Made by a program: the position numbers and the translations under genes
NCBI GenBank assembly: GCA_963848305.1
Contig: CAWKDC010000003.1
Location: 128,001-192,000, forward strand
From: an uncultured Gammaproteobacteria bacterium
GTDB lineage: Bacteria > Pseudomonadota > Gammaproteobacteria > JABCZS01
Length of the DNA stretch: 64,000 nt
Direction of reading: 5' to 3'
The notes under the pieces: model-generated
What the model saw: the letters and a program-made list of their open reading frames with translations, nothing else
Database searches by the model: none
Told to the model about the DNA's origin: nothing
Shown here: positions 10,734-19,831 of the stretch, piece after piece
Numbering within the stretch: the stretch's first letter is position 1
Layout of the letters: every line of letters starts with the position of its first letter

Positions 10734-12571
10734 CAGGATCCCTCCTTCGTGGGTAGCAAATAGGCATCAAATACATCTTTGGCGACCATTGCACCACTTT
10801 TTTTCTGTTTATTTTCAACGATGACAGCGACAGCAATCGTCGGATTTTCAGCCGGCGCATAGCCAATGAACAGGGAGTGATCTTTCAAATGATCTGCTAC
10901 CAATTCGGGATGGTATTTGGCATTTTGCGGTAAATTAAAAACTTGTGCCGTGCCTGTTTTACCCGCAATGTCATAGTGGGGATTGGCTATATAGCGCGCG
11001 GTGCCGCGGTCACTTTGAATGACTGCATACATCCCTTTTGTGATGATATCCCAGTTGGCATCTGAGGCGATGACTGGGGAGAGAATATCCGGCGTGGGGT
11101 TTTCCAAACGCCCATCGGCGTATCCAATCGTGGCGACGGCATGCGGCCGAATACGGATACCGCGATTCGCGAGTGTTGCAATCGCATGGGCCATTTGGAT
11201 GGGCGTGACCATCGTGTATCCTTGGCCAATGCCCGTGCTTAATGTTTCCCCAGGGTACCATACTTGATTGTATCGACCCTTTTTCCATTCTGGGGTAGGC
11301 ACAAGCCCAGCGGTTTCACCAAAAATATCCACCCCTGTTTTTGTGCCATAACCGAATTGCATGAACGACTCGCCAAGCGTACGAATTTCCATATAATGCG
11401 CGATGGTATAAAAGAAGACGTCACATGACTGAGCGATCGCTTTATGAACATCGACTTGCCCATGGCCATTTTTCACCCAGTCACGGTACTGCCGACCTTT
11501 GCCGCCCAAACGATAATAACCCGGGTCCCAAATGCTGAAATTGGGGGAGATGGTGTGTTTTTCGAGCGCTTGCAATGCGACAATGGGCTTGACGGTGGAG
11601 GCGGGCGGATAGAGCCCTCGCAAGGCGCGATTGTAGAGAGGCTGATCCATGTCAGTGGATAATGCTTTGTAATCGGCGTGGTTGATGCCACGTACAAAGA
11701 CATTGGGGTCGAACCCAGGCTGGCTCACGAACGCCAGCAATTCGCCTGTTTGAGGTTCAATTGCGACAATGGCCCCACGGCCTTCTTCAAACGCTTTTTC
11801 CGCAGCGAGTTGTAAATGACTATCAATCGATAAATATAAATTAGCCCCAGGAGTGGCTTCTTTTGTGTCGAGGATGCGCAACACGCGCCCGCGCGCATCG
11901 GTTTCTACTTTTTGATAACCTGTTTCGCCGTGCAGTATATTTTCATAATATTTTTCGAGGCCGGTTTTGCCCATATAGAGGGTTGCCCGGTATTGATCGG
12001 GATTGAGTGATTTGAGTTCCTCTTCATTGATGCGACCCACATAACCGAGTAAATGTGAAAATTCAGAACCGTAAGGGTATTCTCGCATGAGCGTGCCGAC
12101 AAGATTGACGCCGGGTAAGCGGTAGGTGTTCATCGAAATGATGGCCGCATCATCTTCAGAAATATTGAGTAGCAGGGGCACCCCTTCAAACTGTCGGCGA
12201 CGACGGCCTTCTTTATAGAAGCGGTCAATGTCTTCCTCAGTGAGCTTCACCAAAGATTGAAGGGCCTTGATGGTTTCCTTCAAGTTTTCAGTTTGTTCAG
12301 GCACGATGTGGATAGAAAAGGTGGGTACATTATTGGCAAGCAAAATGCCGTTGCGATCATAAATCAATCCACGGTTAGGTGGCAGAGGCAACACGGTGAT
12401 TCTGTTTTGATCAGAGAGGGTCGTGTAGACGTCATGTTTCAAGACTTGTAAATAAAATAGGCGTACCAATAATAAACAGAATACAAGGCCAATGAGCAGC
12501 ATACCGGTATAAACACGCGTGTTGAAGAGGCGTGTTTCACGCTGGAAGTTTCGGATAAAATGTTTAGGCAT
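10733..12571 (-). CDS. mrdA: Penicillin-binding protein 2
   Basis: N-terminal TM segment, RGLIYDRNG, STVK (SxxK), SCD (SxD), KTGTAQ. Confidence 0.95.
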   Translation of the reverse strand: MPKHFIRNFQRETRLFNTRVYTGMLLIGLVFCLLLVRLFYLQVLKHDVYTTLSDQNRITVLPLPPNRGLIYDRNGILLANNVPTFSIHIVPEQTENLKETIKALQSLVKLTEEDIDRFYKEGRRRRQFEGVPLLLNISEDDAAIISMNTYRLPGVNLVGTLMREYPYGSEFSHLLGYVGRINEEELKSLNPDQYRATLYMGKTGLEKYYENILHGETGYQKVETDARGRVLRILDTKEATPGANLYLSIDSHLQLAAEKAFEEGRGAIVAIEPQTGELLAFVSQPGFDPNVFVRGINHADYKALSTDMDQPLYNRALRGLYPPASTVKPIVALQALEKHTISPNFSIWDPGYYRLGGKGRQYRDWVKNGHGQVDVHKAIAQSCDVFFYTIAHYMEIRTLGESFMQFGYGTKTGVDIFGETAGLVPTPEWKKGRYNQVWYPGETLSTGIGQGYTMVTPIQMAHAIATLANRGIRIRPHAVATIGYADGRLENPTPDILSPVIASDANWDIITKGMYAVIQSDRGTARYIANPHYDIAGKTGTAQVFNLPQNAKYHPELVADHLKDHSLFIGYAPAENPTIAVAVIVENKQKKSGAMVAKDVFDAYLLPTKEGS

Positions 12572-12573
12572 GC

Positions 12574-13044
12574 TTATTCCCTATGATACGGATGATCCTG
12601 CAAAATGCTCCATGCACGATACAGTTGTTCCGCCACGATCACCCGAACCAATGGGTGGGGCAAGGTCAGTGGGGATAAAGACCACTTCTCCTGCGCCCTG
12701 GCCAGCAGGGTTTCGCTCAACCCATCTGGTCCGCCCACCACAAAATAAATGTGGGGATGCTCTGCGCGTAACTTGCCCAAGCGTTTCGCCAGCTGCACGC
12801 TGGTGTGCAGTGTGCCATGTTCATCCAGGGCAACCACATAAGCTCCCTTGGGCAGGGCTGCCAGTATTTTATCGCTTTCTAAGGTTTTTAGGTGACCTTC
12901 GCTCGCATTTTTATGTCTTTTGATGGCTGGAATTTCAAGTAGTTGTAAGCGGTATTCATGGGGAAGGCGTTTTGCGTATTCTTGGAATACGTTATTCACC
13001 CAGGCGGGCATTTTTTCACCAATGGCAACCAGTGTTAAAGACAT
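12574..13044 (-). CDS. rlmH: 23S rRNA pseudouridine1915-N3-methyltransferase
   Basis: GGPDGL, SLSPLTLPHPLVRVIVAEQLYRAWSI..HPYHRE. Confidence 0.96.
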   Translation of the reverse strand: MSLTLVAIGEKMPAWVNNVFQEYAKRLPHEYRLQLLEIPAIKRHKNASEGHLKTLESDKILAALPKGAYVVALDEHGTLHTSVQLAKRLGKLRAEHPHIYFVVGGPDGLSETLLARAQEKWSLSPLTLPHPLVRVIVAEQLYRAWSILQDHPYHRE

Positions 13045-13385
13045 GTGGTACCGTTCTTCTCACGGTAGGACAAATCCCAAAGGCCTTCCAAAAAGTAGTA
13101 ATCGCGGGTGCGTGGCTGCATGATATGGACTAGCACGTCGCCGAGATCGACCAATACCCATTCACAGTCTTCAAAACCTTCGCAGGAGAGGGGAGAAATG
13201 CCTTCCTTTTGTGCCGCTTCAATGACTTTATCAGCCAATGCTTTGACCTGACGGTTAGAACCGCCGGTGGCAATGATCATGGTATCGGTGATTGTTGTTA
13301 ATTGGCTTACATCAAGCACGGTAATGTTTTGTGCTTTGGCTTCATCAAGGACGTGGACAAGGATTTGATCTAATGTTTGCGCCAT
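13035..13385 (-). CDS. rsfS: Ribosome silencing factor
   Basis: KAQNI..LDV, IATGGSNRQV, WVLVDLGDVLVHIM..RDYY.LE.LW. Confidence 0.95.
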   Translation of the reverse strand: MAQTLDQILVHVLDEAKAQNITVLDVSQLTTITDTMIIATGGSNRQVKALADKVIEAAQKEGISPLSCEGFEDCEWVLVDLGDVLVHIMQPRTRDYYFLEGLWDLSYREKNGTTCL

Positions 13386-13492
13386 GGTCACCTCAGTGAG
13401 ATTGGTAATATTAAAAGTATATCTCAGGGATTGCGAAATATCATGCAGTATGGTGAAATATTGTTCATAAAATAACCATAACAGGAGGTCGT

Positions 13493-14302
13493 ATGGAAGT
13501 GAGTCGAGCGGGTTTCTCTGCAGTGATTGGCAATGGGCATGGGATGCAGTTTCCTTTGGAACCTCATACCGATGTCGTGCTCGCGAACATCCATGGACAA
13601 GACGGTCAATCGTTTATATTGGGCGCGCTCTATCATGATGATCATGTGAATCCCGTGACGGCGCATAACCCCTTTCATCATGTGATCAAAACCAGCATCG
13701 GCAATCTTTTTCTCATGGACGACGATCCAGTCGCACCAAACATATTATTCGAAACAGCCAATCAAGAGAATCAATTGAAATGCGTTGGGGGTGAAGTATC
13801 GCCAGGGATTATGTTGTGCAGTCAAACGGGTGCGATCAAGATGGATGCAGTGGGTGATATCATGATTGAAGCGGCACAGGACATTTCGGTGTCTGCGAAA
13901 GAATCATTCATGATGACAGCAGCTTCGTGGATGATCAGTGCAGCTGAATCAGGCTTGTCATTTGATTCGATGCAGGATATTGAGATTCAAGCGGGTGAGG
14001 ATTGGGATATCAATGTTGCCGGCGACATTGGCTTAAGAATCGAGGGGGAAGGTCACCATACCGTGATGGGTGCATTCGATATGTGTGCTGATCAGGATAT
14101 GACATTGAAGAGTGAATCAGGCCGTCTTGCGATCGCGGCGGAAGGACAGCACCCCATCACGGTATCTTCATTGGAAGGCACAATCATGTTCAGAGTCGGT
14201 GACAGCGAAATCGTATTGAATCAGGATGGGACGATAGCTGTCAGCGGTCGACAGATCACGATGGTAGCACCGGAAGTGAGTTTGAATGGGGAGATTGTGT
14301 AA
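13493..14302 (+). CDS. Stand-alone VgrG C-terminal / phage gp5-gpV-like spike protein (partial OB fold plus beta-helix, DUF2345-like)
   Basis: GMQFPLEPHTDVVL...GALYHDDHVNPVTAHNPFHHVIKTSIGNLFLMDD resembles the VgrG GMHFPL.PGTEV...GAL...HP..VT..N....I.T...N...M.D segment; periodic beta-strand repeats; ends G.SEIVL..DG.I.VSG..I....SLN; AGGAGG RBS. Confidence 0.7.
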   Translation: MEVSRAGFSAVIGNGHGMQFPLEPHTDVVLANIHGQDGQSFILGALYHDDHVNPVTAHNPFHHVIKTSIGNLFLMDDDPVAPNILFETANQENQLKCVGGEVSPGIMLCSQTGAIKMDAVGDIMIEAAQDISVSAKESFMMTAASWMISAAESGLSFDSMQDIEIQAGEDWDINVAGDIGLRIEGEGHHTVMGAFDMCADQDMTLKSESGRLAIAAEGQHPITVSSLEGTIMFRVGDSEIVLNQDGTIAVSGRQITMVAPEVSLNGEIV

Positions 14303-14318
14303 CATTTATGTATCATCT

Positions 14319-15002
14319 TTAAGTAAAAGGCCTACGGCCTTAAGAAAATGCCTTGCGGCCTTAAGTAAAAGGCCGAAGGCCTTTAAGTTTTTAGCCCAGG
14401 GTGAGGTGTGCACAGCACACCTCACCCTGGGTAAGAAAGGTAAAGCATATCAAGCGCTGAAAGCGCGCAACTGCCAAGCATCTCTGTCGCACTTTCAGTG
14501 CTCAATACATCCTCTCATGCATTTTCCTAGGGTTGCGATGCGCCCCGGCTTTCGCCGGGGCGCATCTAACCCTAGGCTAAATGCTTAAAGGCCTACGGCC
14601 TTAAGAGGCCTTTGGCCTTCAGAAAATGCCTTGCAGCCTTAAGTAAAAGGCCGAAGGCCTTTAAGTTTTTAGCCCAGGGTGAGGTGTGTGTAGCACACCT
14701 CACCCTGGGTAAGAAAGGTAAAGCATATCAAGCGCTGAAAGCGCGTAACTGCCAAGCATCTCTGTCGCACTTTCAGTGCTCAATACATCCTCTCATGCAT
14801 TTTCCTAGGGTTGCGATGCGCCCCGGCTTTCGCCGGGGCGCATCTAACCCTAGGCTAAATGCTTAAAGGCCTACGGCCTTAAGGAATCTCTAGCTGTGCG
14901 CATCTAACCCTAGGCTAAATGCTTAAAGGCCTACGGCCTTAAGGAATCTCTGGCTGTGCGCATCTAACCCTAGGCTAAATGCGTAAAGGCCTTCCGGCCT
15001 TA
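14319..15002. repeat. Tandem array of REPIN/REP-like multi-hairpin palindromic elements
   Basis: Two near-identical 234-bp units (14369..14602, 14647..14880; period 278), each with ~34-bp imperfect terminal inverted repeats; then ~60-bp tandem copies of the right arm (14838.., 14898.., 14958..15002). Confidence 0.92.
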
Positions 15003-15011
15003 GCCAATTAT

Positions 15012-18000
15012 CTATAATACAGCGGCATTTTTCCGATGACTATCCACCTGCGCTTCCTTAAATTTTAAAAATGAATTGAATGCACTTTTAACCGCTTCAA
15101 CGCTGATCAAGGGTGTCGTACCCGCATAATGCATATTCGCTTCAACGGAGCCTGGATGGTTTCTTAAGTATTCTAAAAACTCATCTTGGGTGCGTGTGCA
15201 AATATGTTCACTGAAATTGCCAGCATCATTGTACATCAAGGCTTGAAATGCTATCACTGAATCTATGGTGAGCATGCCTTCCTCGCGCATACATGTACGG
15301 GCCAGCTCAACAGCATCATGAATCATGATCGCAGCTTCCAATACCTCTTTAGAAGTACCACAAATGGCACCTGTTTGCTTGTTGAATTGACCATCGCCAA
15401 TATCGCCAATGATGATTTTTGCGCCTGTTTTAAGGCAAATCAAGGCAATGGTTTCAGAACCCGGCCACATGTCACCCCAAAAGAATGAGGAATCAGCCTT
15501 GCCTGTTTGAAAATCAATACAAGATGAATTCAAACGAATATGTTCAATACGTTGAACCCCTAAAGATAAAGATCGCATGAGATCATCGTTTGTGAAATTG
15601 AAATCGCGTTCCAGGATCTCAGCGGGTGTCTTCCCAGTGTCTCTTGAAAAAGCTAAATTCACGAGCGGTAATGAAATACTTTTACCTGTTTTGACATAGA
15701 TGTCCTCTTCCGTGACCATGTGCTCAACTTGCAAGCGTGTATTAGCCTCTAAGAATTTGACCGTGCCATCGGGTAGGACGAGGGCTTCTAACGTGCATAC
15801 GCCCCGGTAGCCTTTTTCACCGAGCGCTGCCGCAATCTCTTTGCCAGCTTTTAATGTATCCAGCATAACAGTTTGATCATAATCACCGCGTATCACATTC
15901 GTTTCATTTGTCTTTTGCCCCTCGATTTGCAGCGTACAGTCGCGAACACCAAACAGTATGGCGCCCATGTCGTTCACAGCAACTTGGAATTCCAAGTGTC
16001 GTGTCATGCCGTTAATGCTTTGCTCTGTGAGCATTTCACCATTTTGAAAAGTTCGATCTGAAAATGCCACATTCTTCTGCACCATGATCATGAAGGCGTG
16101 ATAATTGTCAGATTTTGGTACATTGTGATCATATACATAATGCACAATACCCATGCCGCCACCACCGGCAATGGCTTTGATGCGCACATCACCCCCCATC
16201 TTGATGACATCCTCAAAATGTTGTTGATACACAGCATGAATAGGGTTTGATGCGAGAAACCCATCAGTGATGTATTGTTGAAGGTCATCGGAACTATACA
16301 ATGTATTACCAAAATATTCGGGATTGTATTTCTGATGTTTTTGAGCAATCACATCTCGCAATGATTTCTTTCCGCCAGCGAGGCGCATAGGATCGCTCGG
16401 CGGCCCAACAAAATGAATTTTATAAAATTGGCCGAGCCTTTCCAATGCAGCGACAAATTTATCATCTTCAGATAAAAATGCCCATCCTGGGTGGAAATAA
16501 ATATGCTTGTTCGGATTCGCTTTTGCCAAGTTTTCTAGCATCGTCAAGATGATTCGATGATCAGTGTAACTGTCCACCCATATTGTCTCACCCTCTTTTG
16601 CGTATTTAATTAACGCGGATTCCTGATCCCCTTTTACATAAAGCAATCGAACATCGTAGTTCGCTTGCTTTAAATCAGCAAACAATTTAATCGCACATCC
16701 CGCACGATTACCAATAATATGGATTTCATGCTCATGACTCTGTTTGGCCGCATCTGTTAATGATAAAACTCTGCCAAAAAAACCACGTTTCTGCAGATCA
16801 GATGTCAATCCATTTGTAGCGCCGACATTTATCGAAAGTTTTTTGATCGTGGTTTCAATATCGGTCTGTTTCGCTCGTAAGTCCTGTTCAAAATGATCAC
16901 GATGACTGAGTAACATCTCTTGTGTTCTTTGGAGTGCTGAAATGTCTTGTGCATTATCATTGTGAGACGTTTGTTGCTCATGATCACGATTGTTTTCAGC
17001 TTTCTGGTATTCCATCATGAGTTGGCCAGGGCTTAACGTTTCGCCAGGTTTGATCGCAACTTTCACAATATATCCGTCCGAAGGAGCGCTGATCGTGATT
17101 TCCATTTTCTGAGCGAACAACATTGCAATGGGTTGCCCGCTTTTCACATAATCTCCCTCCTTGATTGAAATAGAAAGGACTTGACCTGGCGTTGAGGATA
17201 TGATGGTTTGTGCTTCAATGGCCTTACGCTTGTTGTGGATAATATGCATGGAGTTTCGCGCGGGTTGCTGTCCTATCCGCATATAGGTTGCAAGGTAATC
17301 AATCGCGATATCAAGTCTACGTTTTTTGCTGAGTATGAAATATTCGCCCTTGCTTTCCTTTTCTTGAATGATGACTTCTTGTCGTTGGTAGAAAGCCTCA
17401 GTGACATCTTCCAGCGTAAATGATTTATTCGCTATGATAAAATCGATCGTATCCAGATATATTTCAACGCATTCTTTTTGCTTTGCGATGCATGTATAGA
17501 CACATAAAGTCAAAAAAGGTAATTTTCCTTGCTTGACTTGCTCATACCAATATTCTAGTCGATCAGGAACAGGATTTCTGCCTTTTTTTGATTTTGTCAA
17601 TGCACGGTGATAACTCTGTTTATCTTGGTGATGTGATGGATTTGGTTCCCGTCGCCAGGGTGATTTCACCGCAGCAGCAAGCTTTTTGGGGTCACCCAGC
17701 TCTAATGCCCATGTTGTATGTGTTTGAATGGTTTTGTCACGCAAGAGTTGCTCACGTTTACCATGATGAGCACTCGGAAGTGCGCGTGTTACAGCAGCTT
17801 CTTGAGTCGCAGTAGGCTTGATCAGCTTTTGGTCATACAATGTGGTCGCAATGCTTTGCGCAGCCAACAAATGCGAAGTTGCTGACGCGGTGAGTAAACC
17901 TGTTCGTCTTTTGAACTGTTGTCTCACTTTTGGGTGTATAGATATTTTAGTGGGAACATTCATTTTCTGAATGGTTTCAGCAGGCATTTCACCTGTTAAG

Positions 18001-19448
18001 AATTCGGCAACGACTTTATTCAATCCTGTCAGAAACAATGTTTCTACTTCTTGATCAGTTAATTCAGTGAGTACAACGCGTTTCATCTTATCGATGGACA
18101 TACCTGGCACAAGTTTTTTGGTGATGATCATGTTCATCAACAAATGCAACGCGGCTATTTGTTTATTCTGAAAACCAGGTGTGACAGCAAATGGATACCC
18201 CATTAATTTAGAGACAGCATTGAGGCCATATCCAGCCAACAAGAGGGCATCTGTTTCGTTCAATTGTAATATTTTTGCAAGGCCTGTTGTTTTATTGTAA
18301 ATCACGCCAGACACCGCTGTACTGAAGCTGGCATAGCCACCTCCAGGCATGTCCATTGCTTGCATTTCTGCGCCCGTTAACAGTGAATCTACACGGCGTA
18401 CTGCATATCGATGCGCAATCCTGAGATTTATGGCAGCCATTTTTTTCAATAGGTCAATTTGGTGAGGTGTTAATTGAAGGTCAATGCCTTTTGATTGGCA
18501 GGCAGTGTGTATGTCCAATAAACTGGTGAAACCCGTGTTTTTATAGGCATTTTCGTTGACATATTCAGGTTTGAAAGGATCGCATTCAACGGTATCGATA
18601 GTGATAGGATAATCAAAAGATTCACAGATCTCGATGGCTGCTACGTATGCATCTTTGGCAAGTCCTGTATCATGCAAATGCAGACCCAATGGAATGACTT
18701 GAGCTTCATCTTTTTGTAATTCCTGAAGCCTTTTGATGATTTTAGGTAACAATTTTTGGATTGATTTAGGATCGAGTTGCCCCACCATGTCTTTCAAGCT
18801 GATGCGACATAAATGCAGTGGAATGTCAGATTGTTTTAATACTTGATAAGAGTCAACTACTTTTTGAATATACAATTCGTCAGGATAAATATTTTGTTGC
18901 GTTTCTATATCCTTTGTATTGCTGTAAGGAATAGCGCTTTCAGCAGAGACAAGGTAGCCCTTTCGATTGAGATTTGCGACGACGTTTACGCTGGATTCGA
19001 TTTCATCAATCACACCCTGTGAATCAAATATTTTAACGCGCAACAATTCATGTGCATTTTTAGGTGCACCTGTGCGATCGGCGAGATCTTCAGCCATGTG
19101 TGACAGCAGATGATTTAAATCGTTTTCGTGAATAGGCGCCAATAAAAAACCATTGGCACCGCGAAACAAGGGACGAAGAGGAGTGTGCGGCGCCCTGGCC
19201 CTGAGAACACGGTACACTTCCATGAAGTCGCGATTTTCAAATTCAGCTGTGACTTGCGGATGTGCGCCACCAATTTCGAACGGCCCAAATTTCACCAATG
19301 CATTAGCATGCTGTGCACTGTCTCTGACCAATTCGTCCCAGATTGACAGCATTTTCAGTACATCGTCATCATCGAGCGGTATACGGTTACCATAGAGACC
19401 TTGAGCGAAATCTCTGAATACATTCACGACTTCGATTGAAAATGACAT
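15012..19448 (-). CDS. Multidomain biotin-dependent carboxylase, pyruvate-carboxylase-like, with domain order CT - BCCP - BC
   Basis: N-terminal CT motifs FRD..Q, EIGGA, FRGAN, KDMVG, HLHDTG, MPGG, VTP; central biotinyl domain with AQKME; C-terminal BC motifs GNR, HPGWAFLSE, IKAIAGGGGMG, RHLEFQ, RDC, EANTRLQVEH; GAGGTG RBS before ATG 19448. Confidence 0.88.
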   Translation of the reverse strand: MSFSIEVVNVFRDFAQGLYGNRIPLDDDDVLKMLSIWDELVRDSAQHANALVKFGPFEIGGAHPQVTAEFENRDFMEVYRVLRARAPHTPLRPLFRGANGFLLAPIHENDLNHLLSHMAEDLADRTGAPKNAHELLRVKIFDSQGVIDEIESSVNVVANLNRKGYLVSAESAIPYSNTKDIETQQNIYPDELYIQKVVDSYQVLKQSDIPLHLCRISLKDMVGQLDPKSIQKLLPKIIKRLQELQKDEAQVIPLGLHLHDTGLAKDAYVAAIEICESFDYPITIDTVECDPFKPEYVNENAYKNTGFTSLLDIHTACQSKGIDLQLTPHQIDLLKKMAAINLRIAHRYAVRRVDSLLTGAEMQAMDMPGGGYASFSTAVSGVIYNKTTGLAKILQLNETDALLLAGYGLNAVSKLMGYPFAVTPGFQNKQIAALHLLMNMIITKKLVPGMSIDKMKRVVLTELTDQEVETLFLTGLNKVVAEFLTGEMPAETIQKMNVPTKISIHPKVRQQFKRRTGLLTASATSHLLAAQSIATTLYDQKLIKPTATQEAAVTRALPSAHHGKREQLLRDKTIQTHTTWALELGDPKKLAAAVKSPWRREPNPSHHQDKQSYHRALTKSKKGRNPVPDRLEYWYEQVKQGKLPFLTLCVYTCIAKQKECVEIYLDTIDFIIANKSFTLEDVTEAFYQRQEVIIQEKESKGEYFILSKKRRLDIAIDYLATYMRIGQQPARNSMHIIHNKRKAIEAQTIISSTPGQVLSISIKEGDYVKSGQPIAMLFAQKMEITISAPSDGYIVKVAIKPGETLSPGQLMMEYQKAENNRDHEQQTSHNDNAQDISALQRTQEMLLSHRDHFEQDLRAKQTDIETTIKKLSINVGATNGLTSDLQKRGFFGRVLSLTDAAKQSHEHEIHIIGNRAGCAIKLFADLKQANYDVRLLYVKGDQESALIKYAKEGETIWVDSYTDHRIILTMLENLAKANPNKHIYFHPGWAFLSEDDKFVAALERLGQFYKIHFVGPPSDPMRLAGGKKSLRDVIAQKHQKYNPEYFGNTLYSSDDLQQYITDGFLASNPIHAVYQQHFEDVIKMGGDVRIKAIAGGGGMGIVHYVYDHNVPKSDNYHAFMIMVQKNVAFSDRTFQNGEMLTEQSINGMTRHLEFQVAVNDMGAILFGVRDCTLQIEGQKTNETNVIRGDYDQTVMLDTLKAGKEIAAALGEKGYRGVCTLEALVLPDGTVKFLEANTRLQVEHMVTEEDIYVKTGKSISLPLVNLAFSRDTGKTPAEILERDFNFTNDDLMRSLSLGVQRIEHIRLNSSCIDFQTGKADSSFFWGDMWPGSETIALICLKTGAKIIIGDIGDGQFNKQTGAICGTSKEVLEAAIMIHDAVELARTCMREEGMLTIDSVIAFQALMYNDAGNFSEHICTRTQDEFLEYLRNHPGSVEANMHYAGTTPLISVEAVKSAFNSFLKFKEAQVDSHRKNAAVL

Positions 19449-19579
19449 ACACACCTCGTTGCTAACATGCTGAACATTGTCGATGATTATCCATAATATC
19501 AAAGTGTTTGACAAGCGCTATTAGAAATCTTTTGTTTTAGATGAGGCTGACTCATTTTGTGGAGATTTTTTATCTCAGA

Positions 19580-19618
19580 CCCAGGGTTGCGGTGTGCTGC
19601 GCACACCTTGCGGCCTTT
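19580..19618. repeat. Degenerate fragment related to the 14.3-15.0 kb palindromic element
   Basis: CCCAGGGTTGCGGTGTGCTGCGCACACCTTGCGGCCTTT shares CC(C/T)AGGGTTGCG, the GGTGTG..CACACCT hairpin and CCTTGCGGCCTT with the array. Confidence 0.6.
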
Positions 19619-19831
19619 CGAGTCAATGGATAGAATTTAACCCATTAATATTTAAAAACGCTATTCTTAACCTTCGGTAGAGACTGAAGAATATCAACCT
19701 TGCAATCTTATGCGAGATTGTGTAAATTGTAGCTATTAAATCATCTTTTGGAAATGTGGGGCAGTAAATAGACAGCAAAGATTGATGATGTACTTTCATG
19801 ACAGACAATTTGTTTGAAGGACTGGAGTGTT

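Noticed and set aside
13493-14302. Prophage or complete T6SS locus
   Set aside because: Only one structural-like gene; no other phage or T6SS components in the window
14286-14866. Duplicated ORFs of 100 and 84 aa
   Set aside because: They are translations of the palindromic repeat units, with no RBS or protein-like features
14319-15002. CRISPR array
   Set aside because: Repeats are 60-278 bp with identical intervening sequence, no unique spacers and no cas genes
16770-16800. LQKRGFF segment as a relic C-terminal secretion signal at the BCCP-BC junction
   Set aside because: Too short to support without homolog alignments
19623-19808. 61-aa ORF and possible PmrA box in the carboxylase/LRR intergenic region
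   Set aside because: AT-rich divergent promoter region; the TTAA words lack the required tandem spacing and the ORF has no support
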